DNA from: an uncultured delta proteobacterium
Lineage (GTDB): Bacteria > Desulfobacterota > Desulfobacteria > Desulfobacterales > JAHEIW01
DNA: 64,000 bases
Assembly: GCA_963706575.1 (NCBI GenBank)
Contig: CAVPNL010000005.1
Location: 256,001 to 320,000 of the forward strand
Direction of reading: 5' to 3'
Shown here: one piece after another, positions 20,369 through 30,526 of the stretch
Numbering within the stretch: position 1 is the first letter of the stretch
Layout of the letters: every line of letters starts with the position of its first letter
Position numbers and translations under genes: made by a program
The notes under the pieces: generated by a model
Databases searched by the model: none
Told to the model about the DNA's origin: nothing
Seen by the model: the letters and a program-made list of their open reading frames with translations, nothing else

Positions 20369-21344
20369 AGAGCGGCAGCCAGGTACCGATACCCTTGTCC
20401 ACCGCCCGCTCATACAAAAGGGGGGCGACGGTCATATCATCCAGGGCCAGGCCGAGATTGGCGGTCATGGTTCGCTCATCCGGCGTTTGGCGGCCGGGTT
20501 TTTGGTCGCTGACCAGCTCACCCAGATCTGCGTAAAGATCTGGTATTTCAGGAAAATAACCCATTTTCTGATACTGCTGAAACTGAGCGGTGTCGTCCGT
20601 ACAGAATTTGGCAGCCTGCGCCATGGCATCCGGATGCCAGTAGGAATCAAAATCCACCAGCGAAGCAAAAGCACCTTCATCCAGCCAGCCGGCCTGGATG
20701 GTTGCGTGGGGTTTTTTTAACATCGGTCCGGCCGTTACCACAATATCGCAGCCGCTCACAGCTTCCCTGGGTGTGGCAACGGGTATGACTTCTAAATCCA
20801 AACGGGTGTTGATTTCAGCGGTATATTGCTGAACCGATTCCGCTTTCACATCATAGGCCCTGACTTCTTTTATGGGAAACAATACGTTCAAAGCTTCCAC
20901 GTTGCTGCGCCCCTGTACGCCGCAGCCCAGCACACCGACCACTGATGATTCGGGGCGCGCCAGATAGCGCGCGGAAAGCGCTGTAGCCGCACCGGTGCGC
21001 ATGGCGGTCATCCAGACGCCATCCATGACCGCAAGTGGCAATCCTGTGGCGACATCATTGAAAATCAACAGGCCGGTGATGTAAGGCAGATTTTTTTTGG
21101 GGTTTTCCGGAAACGCGGCAACCCATTTGATCCCGGCTGATTTCAAATCGGGGATATAGGCCGGCATGGCATGGATGAAACTGTCGCCGCTGCCGGGGTG
21201 AATGCCCGGTTTGGGCGGCATCTCCGTACGGCCCTCGCCTTTTGCGCGAAAGGTGACCGCCAAAGATTCGACAATTTCGGCCATCGTCACGCCGATGGCC
21301 TCAACATCTGCTTTTGATAAATAAAGCAACTGATTTTGCGGCAT
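20367..21344 (-). CDS. Ornithine cyclodeaminase / mu-crystallin family protein
   Basis: MPPK, HAMPAY, GIKWV, TAMRTGAA, GCGVQGR, GLALDD. Confidence 0.9.
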   Translation of the reverse strand: MPQNQLLYLSKADVEAIGVTMAEIVESLAVTFRAKGEGRTEMPPKPGIHPGSGDSFIHAMPAYIPDLKSAGIKWVAAFPENPKKNLPYITGLLIFNDVATGLPLAVMDGVWMTAMRTGAATALSARYLARPESSVVGVLGCGVQGRSNVEALNVLFPIKEVRAYDVKAESVQQYTAEINTRLDLEVIPVATPREAVSGCDIVVTAGPMLKKPHATIQAGWLDEGAFASLVDFDSYWHPDAMAQAAKFCTDDTAQFQQYQKMGYFPEIPDLYADLGELVSDQKPGRQTPDERTMTANLGLALDDMTVAPLLYERAVDKGIGTWLPL

Positions 21345-21491
21345 GATGCCTCCGTTTGGATTGCACTCGATTCTGGCTAGCTGGTTGATCTATTACGGTT
21401 TATGGCGCGCAGTGTCAAGGAATTATAGGTGGCGGGCAAGTCGGACATCAGGGCGCTTTGGTTTTGCGAACGCTGCTAATAGCATTAGCTA

Positions 21492-21581
21492 ACGAGGACG
21501 AATACGAGGACGACGACGAGTATGAAACGGAGAAATGTTCCTTTTCATCATACTCGCCCTCGTGCTCCTCCTCGCCCTCGA
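21492..21581. repeat. Short-unit inverted repeat (ACGAGG units / CCTCG units)
   Basis: acgaggacgaatacgaggacgacgacgagtatga ... tcatactcgccctcgtgctcctcctcgccctcg. Confidence 0.75.
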
Positions 21582-21603
21582 GAATGGTTTTAAAAGATGG
21601 AAT

Positions 21604-21960
21604 TTAATGCAGGCTTTTAATGCGGTTCATGCGGCTGGTAATTTCAGTTATACGAATGCCGTATTTTTTATTCTGTAAGACCACTTCTCCCCTGGCAATC
21701 AATTTTTCGTTTGCCAGAATATCAACCGGTTCACCCTCAAGTTTTGAAAGTGTGACCGCTGAGCCGGGTCCGAGGTCGAGCAATTCTTGAATTTGAATGC
21801 TGGTTCTTCCCAGTTCTACGGTTATTTCCAGCGGGATATCCAGAAGCAAATTCAGATCAAAGTCTTCCACCGCCCGCATCTCTTCAGATATCTCCTTTGC
21901 ACCTTCCGGGGATTCAGATTGTTCTTCAATATCTTTATCTTTTCCGTTATTTTCAGCCAT
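21604..21960 (-). CDS. fliN: Flagellar motor switch protein FliN (SpoA domain), isolated
   Basis: LLLDIPLEITVELGRT, LGPGSAVTL.KLEGEPVDILAN.KLIARGEVV...YGIRITEI. Confidence 0.9.
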   Translation of the reverse strand: MAENNGKDKDIEEQSESPEGAKEISEEMRAVEDFDLNLLLDIPLEITVELGRTSIQIQELLDLGPGSAVTLSKLEGEPVDILANEKLIARGEVVLQNKKYGIRITEITSRMNRIKSLH

Positions 21961-22336
21961 CCTTTTTAACCTCGGTTATGATTTTTATTGCCCTGACGAA
22001 TTAACGGGGGAATTTGGCTGCATCATCAGGTAATATGTTAGTATAAACCCGCCCAAACCTCAATATTATTTTCCACAGAGGACGGGGCCTTTACGCTGAG
22101 ATCCCTGAATTGCCTATCGATATCTACGATTTTTTTTCTGATGACGAGATGATTGTATTTCTGTTGATGGGGTGATATGAACCCGCTAAAGCTCGGAAAA
22201 ACCTTTTGGAGACCATCGATTCCTTTCAATCTTCCATTATTCCCTTGCTCCATGGCATTCTAATACGGCTAAGCCAATGATTTCTGATCTGGAATAGGGG
22301 GCCAGGAGTTCAATGTTAGAGTAAGAGGAGACCAGC

Positions 22337-24337
22337 ATGTATCGCTATTTGTTTAGCCCGATTCAAATTAATCGGCTGGAAATAAAAAACCGCATTGCCT
22401 ATCCTTCGCTGGGTCTGCTGTATTCAAAGAACGGAAAACTCAACGACCGCTATTTAAACTATTTTACGGAAAGGGCCAATGGCGGTGCCGGACTCGTAAC
22501 GGTCGGACCGGTGGGCGTTGACTTTATCGGCTCGGGGAGAATCGCCTTATCCCTGGCCAATGATGACGCCATCTCCGATTTCAAAAAACTTGCCGGAATC
22601 ATCAAGGATGGGGGGGCTCGGGCCTGGGTTCAGTTGTTCCACGCCGGTGCGTATTCGCACCCGATGTTTATTGATGGCCGGCAGCCGATTGCACCTTCGG
22701 CGGTCTACTCACGCTATTCACAGACGACACCGCGTGAAATGACAAAGGAAGATATCCATCAGGTGCAGGACGCATTCGCCCAAGCTGCCGAAAGGGTAAA
22801 GGAAGCGGGTTTTGACGGTATCGAAATTCTGGCCTCAGCGGGCTATTTGATCACCCAGTTTCTCTCCCCGCGAACCAACAAGCGCTGCGATGACTATGGC
22901 GGCAGCTTTGAAAACCGGGTGCGGTTTCCCAGGGAATTGGTTGAACGGGTCCGCAAGCGTCTGGGTTCCGATTACCCGTTGACGATTCGTATGGCGGGAA
23001 ATGATTTTGTGCGCGACAGCAATACCGATACGGAAACACCTGAATTTGCAAAAATTTATGAGCAGGCCGGAGTGGATGCAATCAATGTGACCGGCGGCTG
23101 GCATGAATCGCGCGTGCCGCAACTGCCCATGCATCTGCCCCGGGCGGCCTTTGCATTTTTAGCCCTGAACGTCAAAAAAGCGGTTTCGGTTCCGATCATC
23201 GCATCCAATCGCATCTCAGACCCGGACAGTGCTGAGCGGATTATCAAAGACGGCTATGCCGATATGGTCAATCTGGGTCGCGTCCTGATCGCCGATCCCG
23301 AGTGGCCCCGAAAGGCTATGGAAGGAAGAATGAATGAAATCCGTCCCTGTGTGGGTTGTTCCCAGGGTTGTACGGATGAGGTCTTTAACGGGCGGGCTGT
23401 GTTCTGTGTCGGTAATGCCCGGGCCGGCTTTGAGGGCGAACGCCAACTATCAAAAACAGATAATCCCAAAAAGGTTATGATCGTGGGTGCCGGAGCCGGG
23501 GGGCTTGAAGCTGCCGTTACGGCAGCGATCTGCGGCCACCAGGTCGAAATTTATGAAAAAGATTCAGATATCGGCGGGCAACTGTGGATCGCCGGTGCAC
23601 CACCGCATAAACAGGAGATTTTAGAATTTATCCGGTATTATCGGGCCCAGATAAATAAACACCAAATCCCGTTGCATCTGAACACAACCGTGGATTCCGA
23701 GGTCATCCAGAAACAAAATCCGGATTACATCATTCTGGCAGAAGGGGCCCGCCCCTTATTGCCGCAAATCGATGGCTATGATGATTCCTGTGTTTATTCA
23801 GCCTGGCAGGTCTTAAAAGGCAATCCGGTTCTCGGTAAATCGGTTGCGGTCATTGGCGGCGGCTCGGTTGGCCTTGAAACGGCCGTGTTTATTGCGGCCA
23901 AAGGCACGATAACGCCTGAAACGCTTCATTTTTTATTTGCCTACGAAGCGGTAAGTCCCGAACGACTGCGCGAGTTGATGTTTCAGGGATCTTCAAATGT
24001 CACTGTTTTTGAAATGCTGCCCAAGATCGGCCAGGATATCGGAAAATCAACCCGATGGATCCTGTTTGACAATTTAAAGCGCTATAAAATTTCAGTAAAA
24101 ACGGGGGCCAGGGTAACATCCATACGTGATGGAATTGTTAAATTCCAAAAAGACGGCCAGGAAGAACAGGTGCAATTTGACAATGTCGTCTTGGCCTCGG
24201 GCTCACAATCTGTCCCCGGTATATCAGCCGAGGTAAAAAAAATGGGATATCCGTTTGCTGCGGTGGGCGACGGTGTCCGTGCGGGGAAATTAAATGAAGC
24301 CATTCATGGGGGGTTCCTGGCGGCGCTGAATATATAG
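22337..24337 (+). CDS. NADH:flavin oxidoreductase, 2,4-dienoyl-CoA reductase (FadH/BaiH)-like
   Basis: OYE barrel (AGFDGIEI..GYLITQFLSP.TN.R.D.YGGSFENR), [4Fe-4S] motif CVGCSQGC-x11-C, two Rossmann motifs. Confidence 0.9.
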   Translation: MYRYLFSPIQINRLEIKNRIAYPSLGLLYSKNGKLNDRYLNYFTERANGGAGLVTVGPVGVDFIGSGRIALSLANDDAISDFKKLAGIIKDGGARAWVQLFHAGAYSHPMFIDGRQPIAPSAVYSRYSQTTPREMTKEDIHQVQDAFAQAAERVKEAGFDGIEILASAGYLITQFLSPRTNKRCDDYGGSFENRVRFPRELVERVRKRLGSDYPLTIRMAGNDFVRDSNTDTETPEFAKIYEQAGVDAINVTGGWHESRVPQLPMHLPRAAFAFLALNVKKAVSVPIIASNRISDPDSAERIIKDGYADMVNLGRVLIADPEWPRKAMEGRMNEIRPCVGCSQGCTDEVFNGRAVFCVGNARAGFEGERQLSKTDNPKKVMIVGAGAGGLEAAVTAAICGHQVEIYEKDSDIGGQLWIAGAPPHKQEILEFIRYYRAQINKHQIPLHLNTTVDSEVIQKQNPDYIILAEGARPLLPQIDGYDDSCVYSAWQVLKGNPVLGKSVAVIGGGSVGLETAVFIAAKGTITPETLHFLFAYEAVSPERLRELMFQGSSNVTVFEMLPKIGQDIGKSTRWILFDNLKRYKISVKTGARVTSIRDGIVKFQKDGQEEQVQFDNVVLASGSQSVPGISAEVKKMGYPFAAVGDGVRAGKLNEAIHGGFLAALNI

Positions 24338-24470
24338 CGCATAGTTCATAGCTCACAGCTCATAGCTCATAGTGGGAAGGCTTTAAAGCTGGGAAGCTGG
24401 AATGCTCGAAGGCTCTAAAGCTCGCAAACTTCCGGCTTTCAGGCCTCCCAGCTTTATAGCCTCCCAGCCT
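24336..24470. repeat. Adjacent short-unit repeats: 7-nt AGCTCAT tandem, then AGCTGGGA/TCCCAGC inverted element
   Basis: atagttcatagctcacagctcatagctcatag; aaagctgggaagctggaatgct ... cctcccagctttatagcctcccagcct. Confidence 0.75.
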
Positions 24471-24472
24471 AT

Positions 24473-24766
24473 TTAAGGTTTAATTCTTTCCAGTACCTCC
24501 CCGTTTTCGTTCAGCAGAAAAATCATAAAGCCGCCGGTTGCGGCATCTTTTGAAAGCTCTTCAAATAAGATGGCCTGCACCTCATATTTGCGTCCTTTCT
24601 GGCGGGGCATATCCATGAAGCATTGTTGCGCCTCTTCTTTTGAATGAAAAGCGGGAATAAATGAAACATTTTCCTGCTCATTATGCTGGCCCAGGAATTG
24701 CTCCTTTTCACCGGGATCCTGGACAACTACCCACACCCATTTATCTTCAACCTGTTCATTATTCAT
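24473..24766 (-). CDS. Hypothetical protein
   Basis: 97 aa, AAAGAG upstream, follows Dabb gene in the same direction. Confidence 0.7.
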   Translation of the reverse strand: MNNEQVEDKWVWVVVQDPGEKEQFLGQHNEQENVSFIPAFHSKEEAQQCFMDMPRQKGRKYEVQAILFEELSKDAATGGFMIFLLNENGEVLERIKP

Positions 24767-24787
24767 ATTTACTCTTTCTTTGGCGGA

Positions 24788-25141
24788 TTAAACCCGGCCT
24801 AAACGGCTCAGTAGTGCGCCCTCCTCGTCCTTTTCTAGATTGCCGGCATCGGTTCCTTCAAAATCGACGACTAGAATGTTTTCAGTCAGGGTTGTTATTT
24901 TTTGCAGGACCTTCAGATGCGCCGGGTGCTCCTGGTAGCGTTTCACAGCTTCCAGGTTGGCAAAAAGAGAAACCAGCGCGAAGTCATATGATTTTTCAGA
25001 ATGGACCCGGTCACGACCAAATTCGTAGGTTTGAATCTCAACAATTTTATTGGGAAGATCATTCAGGCTTTTTTCGAGATCATCGATGGCATCATCGCTG
25101 ACATCGGGTTTGAATTTCAACAGAACGACATGATTGATCAT
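24788..25141 (-). CDS. Dabb family (stress-responsive A/B barrel) protein
   Basis: MINHVVLLKFK, YDFALVSLF, YQEHPAH, VVDF. Confidence 0.9.
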   Translation of the reverse strand: MINHVVLLKFKPDVSDDAIDDLEKSLNDLPNKIVEIQTYEFGRDRVHSEKSYDFALVSLFANLEAVKRYQEHPAHLKVLQKITTLTENILVVDFEGTDAGNLEKDEEGALLSRLGRV

Positions 25142-25326
25142 CTTGACCTCTCCTTTGTTTGCACTGCATCAGACAGCAACACCTCTCTTTTAGCTTAATT
25201 TGCTGCGGTTTTTATTAGCACGAAGGGCACAAAGATGCACGAAGGTCAAAAAAAATCGTAATGTTTTTCTTAGTGAACTTCGTGGTAAGAGTTGATCTTT
25301 ATAACACTTTTCATAGTTAGGTGTAT

Positions 25327-25704
25327 TCAGGCGAACAATATATAAAATGTTACGGCTGCTTGAATCGTGGATACCCCCAGCATCAAGGCTAAAATGAACC
25401 GCGATATGGGGGTATTGAATTCATGCCGGCCCTTTCGAATAAAGGCCGTATGAATACAAAAAGCGAAAATACCACCGGCACTGAGAATCAGAGATGCGAT
25501 GAGACCGAGAAACGATTGCTCCGCAACCAAAACCAAGCCATATAAAATTAGAAAAAGAAGTGGAAAATGTAGAATCAAAAACCCGCTGATGCCGCCGGGC
25601 AATTTGAAAAGCTCCCACTCTTTCCAGAAAGCGGAGTCGATTTCATGGATAATTAATAGTATCGCATTCGTCAAGTAAAGCCAGAACAAAGCCTTTGTAG
25701 CCAT
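25327..25704 (-). CDS. Small membrane protein (DUF6713-like)
   Basis: 4 TM segments, HEIDSAFWKEWELFKLPGG; ATG 25704 after GGAG. Confidence 0.7.
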   Translation of the reverse strand: MATKALFWLYLTNAILLIIHEIDSAFWKEWELFKLPGGISGFLILHFPLLFLILYGLVLVAEQSFLGLIASLILSAGGIFAFCIHTAFIRKGRHEFNTPISRFILALMLGVSTIQAAVTFYILFA

Positions 25705-25833
25705 AAACGCTAACGCTCCACTTCTAAAAGATATTGGGCCAAAAGACATTTTTGAGATGGGTTCTGGATAAGGTACCGCTCATCATGATTTGATGCAATC
25801 GAATTTTGCAGACAGGAGTTGGAGAAATATCAA

Positions 25834-26032
25834 AACCTATCTCAAAAATGCATCTGATACCCAATGGCGGTGTTGCCCCGCTAAGCGGGATTCGCATCTG
25901 ATTTTTTTAAATTAAGGTGCAGCACAAACCTCCGTAAAATGCTCACATACTTACATGTATGCTGAGAACAACGACTTTTGCGTCGGCTTGCGCCTTGCCT
26001 TTGGGCATGATCTGCGATTTTTGAGATAGGTT
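25834..26032. mobile_element. MITE-like element, copy C
   Basis: Perfect 16-bp terminal inverted repeats AACCTATCTCAAAAAT / ATTTTTGAGATAGGTT, no coding capacity; left end shared with 59842 copy. Confidence 0.75.
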
Positions 26033-26106
26033 ATAATTTAATGAAGCAAAGCGGGTATTCAGAAATGGAGGCTGCTAATCAGTATCCGGTGGCGCGCTTG
26101 TCAATC

Positions 26107-26628
26107 CTAATTTTGCAATGCTTGTTCATACTCCGCGACAGAGTAACCTGCAATCCCCTGGCCATTAATCACGACATAGGGTACCGCCATCCGGCTTGTA
26201 AATGATCTCATGCGGGCGGCGGCCTGCTGATCCTTTTCGATATCGAAGGTAACAAAATCGATTCCTCGTGAGCGGAAAAAATTTTTGGCCTTTTTACAAT
26301 AGACGCACCAGCTGGTTTCATATATCTCTACGGTTGGGGTATTTACGGCGACTTCCTCTTCCTGAGTTTCATCCAGGATATTAAAAAAATCAGAATCCAG
26401 GGCCCCCTTTTGGGTGGCATCCGGCAATGGGGGGGTATTTACAGGGACCGGGTCGGCAGATTGAATTTCATCCTCTTCAGTTGCAGTGGATTCAATCATA
26501 TCCTGGGTTGGAGAATCTGAATAATGAGTGACCCCATTTTCATCAACCCATTTGTAAATTTCAGCTGAGGAAATTCCGAGAGCTAAAATGTAAATAAAAA
26601 TGACCCAGATAATTTTTTTGGCTTTCAT
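26107..26628 (-). CDS. Exported DUF4124 + glutaredoxin-like protein
   Basis: Signal peptide, IYKWVDENGVTHYSD, acidic linker, WCVYC and VPYVVING; GGAGGA before ATG 26628. Confidence 0.85.
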   Translation of the reverse strand: MKAKKIIWVIFIYILALGISSAEIYKWVDENGVTHYSDSPTQDMIESTATEEDEIQSADPVPVNTPPLPDATQKGALDSDFFNILDETQEEEVAVNTPTVEIYETSWCVYCKKAKNFFRSRGIDFVTFDIEKDQQAAARMRSFTSRMAVPYVVINGQGIAGYSVAEYEQALQN

Positions 26629-26776
26629 AATACCGATTCCTCCGGCGCCGGGCATGATGCACGTTTTGGCTGTTTAGCGCAGCGCAAATTATACCGCTTA
26701 ATTGTTCTATCGGCTTTATTGCAGGGATGGTTGAGAAAAACCTGGTGGGATCTGAGCAATTTAAGTCACAAATACC

Positions 26777-27247
26777 TTATTTCGTTGAAGATATGGGTTT
26801 TTTAGCTTTCTCCCGGCCATTTCGCTGCCAGTCGATTTGGTTGTTAATTTCACTCAGTATAAAAGTACTTTTGAGGCTTTGGGCGATTTCCATCGCACTG
26901 GGCTCTTCTCCCGTGGCATCTTTCACAAAGCGCCGTAGCGTAGTGATGGCGTCGTGCACGTTTTTGTAAAAAAGACCGACTCTGGCCAAACTGTTTTTGG
27001 ACGGCCCCGCCATCAGGTTTAATTTCCAAAACATATCCCGTGACACGATTTCGGCGGGTTGCGGTGAGACCTGTTTTTTTCGTTGAAATTTAATCTGATT
27101 GCCAATTTCATTCATTATAAAATAGCTTTTGAAGGCATTTGCGATCTCTTCCTGGGTGGGTTCGTCACCGGTCGTATCTCTTACGGATTTTAACACCGTC
27201 AAAATCGCATCTGTTATGGTACCCCTTAGTCGAACCAGTTTTGCCAA
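26777..27247 (-). CDS. Hypothetical protein with internal duplication
   Basis: GAGGTG before TTG; two copies of D.TG.EP...EIA...KS.FI..EI.NQI..QR. Confidence 0.7.
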   Translation of the reverse strand: MAKLVRLRGTITDAILTVLKSVRDTTGDEPTQEEIANAFKSYFIMNEIGNQIKFQRKKQVSPQPAEIVSRDMFWKLNLMAGPSKNSLARVGLFYKNVHDAITTLRRFVKDATGEEPSAMEIAQSLKSTFILSEINNQIDWQRNGREKAKKPISSTK

Positions 27248-27612
27248 AATTCACCTCTATGCGCGCCCAACACAATAGGCCCAAAATCTTTAAACTATAT
27301 ATAAAAAATATAGAAATTTTAAATAGTTGTCAAGGGTATCCTTGCACAGCATCAGGCGGTTTTAATCAGGATGTCAGGGAGGGGTACCGGCTGCGGGCAA
27401 TGCAGATACACGCCGGACAGCTGCAGGAACATACGATTCTGCCGGTAAAAACGGGCGAGAGAATCTCCCGCCCGTTTTTGATTGCGCCCGTGCAACCTTA
27501 TGCCATACGGCACCGGTGATTTGTCGTTATCGATAATGGATAGAGGATAACGGAAAATGGATAGCGGATCGACAAAAGCCTGTTTTCCTGAGATCCAGGT
27601 GAGCTTCACTTC

Positions 27613-27897
27613 TCATTGAGCCATGAGTGACCCGATGATTTGGACGATCACGGGAAAACCTGCTACCATTTCCGGTATTTTTGCTTCAATTTCAGGATTT
27701 GATGCGTCCAAACCCACGATGATCGCTTGATTGCCGTTTGGGTCCAGGCCAATCCCGACTGAAACAACGCCCGGCATATCTAAAAAACGTGCTTCGTGCT
27801 GTTTTTTAACTTCCTGAATCGATGGTGACATGCCCAGATCATCTCCCAGCGCCAGCCAGGGGGTCATGAGTACGATAGTCAGGGCGATCGTTCTCAT
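27613..27897 (-). CDS. Small exported protein resembling the N-terminal domain of the adjacent protease
   Basis: ATGA overlap with protease stop; hydrophobic N-terminus; GVVSVGIG ... IPEMVAGFPV.VQIIG. Confidence 0.7.
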   Translation of the reverse strand: MRTIALTIVLMTPWLALGDDLGMSPSIQEVKKQHEARFLDMPGVVSVGIGLDPNGNQAIIVGLDASNPEIEAKIPEMVAGFPVIVQIIGSLMAQ

Positions 27898-28892
27898 AGT
27901 GAAAGTCCCAGGGCGCTAAATACATTTTCGATGCGGTTGATAATGGTGGTTGTATCACTGCCCGCAAATAAAAGCCCGGTCAAGCGGTTATTGTCGTCCA
28001 GAACAGCCGAGCCACTATCTCCACCCTGGCTCATGGCACCGGCCAGCAGCTGATCGGTGAATACGGCAATCTGCCCCGGGCCGTACTGGACATTGGCGGT
28101 AACATCGACCTGTTGAATTTCACCGGATGTAAAGCCGGTCGTGCGCCCGCTTTTTTTGACTGTCATGCCCAGTTCCCCCTGAACGGTTGCCTGGATCGGT
28201 CCGATATTGATTATTTCATCCTTTACATCGGCTGCATTCAGCGGCGTAGCAATGGCGGCATCCACCAGATTGTCTTCAGCCTGTATTTGGGTCACTTTAT
28301 AACGAGTATTGCTGCCAATCATCCGGCACCCCAAGTTAAAAACGGAGATGACCGCATTGGCAAATTGACATTGACTGGGTTCACCCTGAAATGAAATGGG
28401 GACGAATTGCGCCAGATTTGCGATGTGATCCTGGGGGAAACTGCCGCCATCAAAGGGGCCGGGCTGTAGGATGGCGTCTCCGATTTCGGCATCATTGCTG
28501 TTTGCCAGCACGTGGTTGTTGGATAAAATAGCTTTCTGGCCGTTTTTCATCACCCAGCATCCTAGTGTCCCTGCGGTAATGGCTACATGGCCGACGCTGA
28601 CGCCACCGGGTGCCGGGCGAAAGCGATCGGTGGGTGCTTGAAGCGCTCGGATCACACCGGTTTGCACGACATCAGTGGGGGTACCCTCAACGGTTGCCGG
28701 TACCAGATCTTGCCCGGATAGCTGCGACGCCGGGACTTTTTCTTTTACCGAACAGACGATGCAAAGCGTATCTGTTTTTATGCCGCCGGTTTGTTTATAG
28801 CCGATTCCGGTGGCCACAACATGGGCCCGTTTTAAGAGCTGCTTGCGTTGGGAGCTTAAAATGACCTGGATTCGATTTAAATCATCTGCCAT
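27894..28892 (-). CDS. Trypsin-like serine protease (Nal1-like) with N-terminal prodomain
   Basis: Triad motifs LSNNHV, VDAAIA, GDSGS; TAGTLGC, KSGRTTG; AGGAGG RBS. Confidence 0.85.
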   Translation of the reverse strand: MADDLNRIQVILSSQRKQLLKRAHVVATGIGYKQTGGIKTDTLCIVCSVKEKVPASQLSGQDLVPATVEGTPTDVVQTGVIRALQAPTDRFRPAPGGVSVGHVAITAGTLGCWVMKNGQKAILSNNHVLANSNDAEIGDAILQPGPFDGGSFPQDHIANLAQFVPISFQGEPSQCQFANAVISVFNLGCRMIGSNTRYKVTQIQAEDNLVDAAIATPLNAADVKDEIINIGPIQATVQGELGMTVKKSGRTTGFTSGEIQQVDVTANVQYGPGQIAVFTDQLLAGAMSQGGDSGSAVLDDNNRLTGLLFAGSDTTTIINRIENVFSALGLSL

Positions 28893-29201
28893 GATGTCCT
28901 CCTTTCAGCATATTAAATGCATCTATATGACCATATGACGGATGGGATTGAATTCCTGTTTTGAGCACCTTAATGCGCGTGACGCCTTCAGACGGGAAAG
29001 CTATGGCTCAAAATCATAATGCCAACATAACTATATATCAACAATAATTTTGTTTGAGTTTCCGGATACGTTCAGTGATTTAATAATTTTAAATTAAGCA
29101 AGAAAAACAGGATGTTGGGCCACTGTTGATTGAAGAATTTGGAAAAGAGCCTTTGCGCAAAATTGCAAAAAAAGGCGGGATTTGGAGCGGAACCAACTGA
29201 A

Positions 29202-30452
29202 TCAGCTGTCTTGCGTTCGCCTTTTATCCGGGAGGATAAGGTTTAAAATTACGCCGGTTAGCGTTGCCAGCGCCACGCCCTTCAATGTCAGCGCTCCGGC
29301 TGAAAAAGTGATTCCTCCGATTCCGCTAACCAAAATGAACAGCACAATCAGTATGTTTCTGAATTCCATTAATTCGGACTGGACCTTCAGCAGGCATTTG
29401 ATGCCCACCACCACCAGTACACCGAAGAATAAAATCAGAATGCCGCCGCTAACCGGGTCGGGAATGGATTGGATCAGGGCGCTCAATTTACCCAAAAAGG
29501 ACAGCGCCATGGCAAACAGGGCAGCCCAAACCATTACCGCCGGCTGCCACTTTTTGAAGACGGTCACTGCGCCGGTAATTTCGGCATAAATGCGAACCGG
29601 GGGACCGCCGAAAAGGGCAGCGATTGTGTTTGCCGCGCCGTTGCCCAGCAATGTACGATGGATACCGGGTTCTTTCAGGTAATCCTTTTCTGTAGCCTCA
29701 CCAATGACCAAGATATCCCCAAAATGTGCGATGAGCGGTGCAACTGCCGCCGGTATAAGAAAAGCAACGGCATCGATGTTGAATTGCGGGACTGCAAATT
29801 TGGGGATCGCAATCCACGGTGCGTCGGCAACGATTGAAAAATCGATGATTCCAAATGGGATCGAGACCAAATATCCGGCGATCAGCCCGCAAATAACGGG
29901 GATGAGTTTAAGGATGCCCCGGGCCATCAGGAAGATTACAGTGGTTGTTGCCAGCGATATCACGGCAATCAGCAACCCGACTCTTTGCGGTATGACATAC
30001 GCGGGATTCGATTTGCCCAGGGCCATGGAAACCGCCACTGGAACGAGCATGAGCCCGATGACCATAATAATCGGTCCGACGACAACCGGCGGAAATATGC
30101 TCTGAATGATTTTACGGCCTTTCCAGTAAAAAATTCCGCCGGTAGCCATATAAACAACGCCGCCGGCGACCAGTCCGCCAAGGGTGGCTGGAATACCCCA
30201 TGTTTGGGTTGCTACCATAATCGGTGCGGTATAGGCAAATGATGACGCCAGGAAAACCGGGATTTGCTTTTTGGTGAAGAAATGAAAGACGAGAGTTGCA
30301 ACGCCGGCGGTAAATAATGCAACAGCGGGATCCAGCCCCGTGAGAATGGGTACTGTGATAAGTGCGCCAAATGCGACCAAAAGAATTTGGATGCTGAAAA
30401 GATGGTCTTGATAGCTCAGCTTATAAGCTGTGATCCAGTTTTTTGCGGCCAT
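29202..30452 (-). CDS. uraA: Uracil permease (NCS2 family)
   Basis: VAFGAL.TVPILTG, IPVFLASSFA, PPVVVGPIIMVIGL; downstream of upp. Confidence 0.88.
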   Translation of the reverse strand: MAAKNWITAYKLSYQDHLFSIQILLVAFGALITVPILTGLDPAVALFTAGVATLVFHFFTKKQIPVFLASSFAYTAPIMVATQTWGIPATLGGLVAGGVVYMATGGIFYWKGRKIIQSIFPPVVVGPIIMVIGLMLVPVAVSMALGKSNPAYVIPQRVGLLIAVISLATTTVIFLMARGILKLIPVICGLIAGYLVSIPFGIIDFSIVADAPWIAIPKFAVPQFNIDAVAFLIPAAVAPLIAHFGDILVIGEATEKDYLKEPGIHRTLLGNGAANTIAALFGGPPVRIYAEITGAVTVFKKWQPAVMVWAALFAMALSFLGKLSALIQSIPDPVSGGILILFFGVLVVVGIKCLLKVQSELMEFRNILIVLFILVSGIGGITFSAGALTLKGVALATLTGVILNLILPDKRRTQDS

Positions 30453-30526
30453 AGATGCCCTGGTCCCCTGTTGGCTTCAAAGTGGGTTTAGCGAAAGATG
30501 GCACATGGTTCATGGTATCGGACGGC

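Noticed and set aside
21961..22336. c-di-GMP riboswitch upstream of fliN, and 71-aa ORF 22038..22253
   Set aside because: The GGCAAA..GAAA..GCAAA pattern could not be built; the ORF has no motif support
28893..29201. AT-rich gap as an island boundary
   Set aside because: No att site, tRNA, integrase or flanking repeat; consistent with an ordinary promoter region
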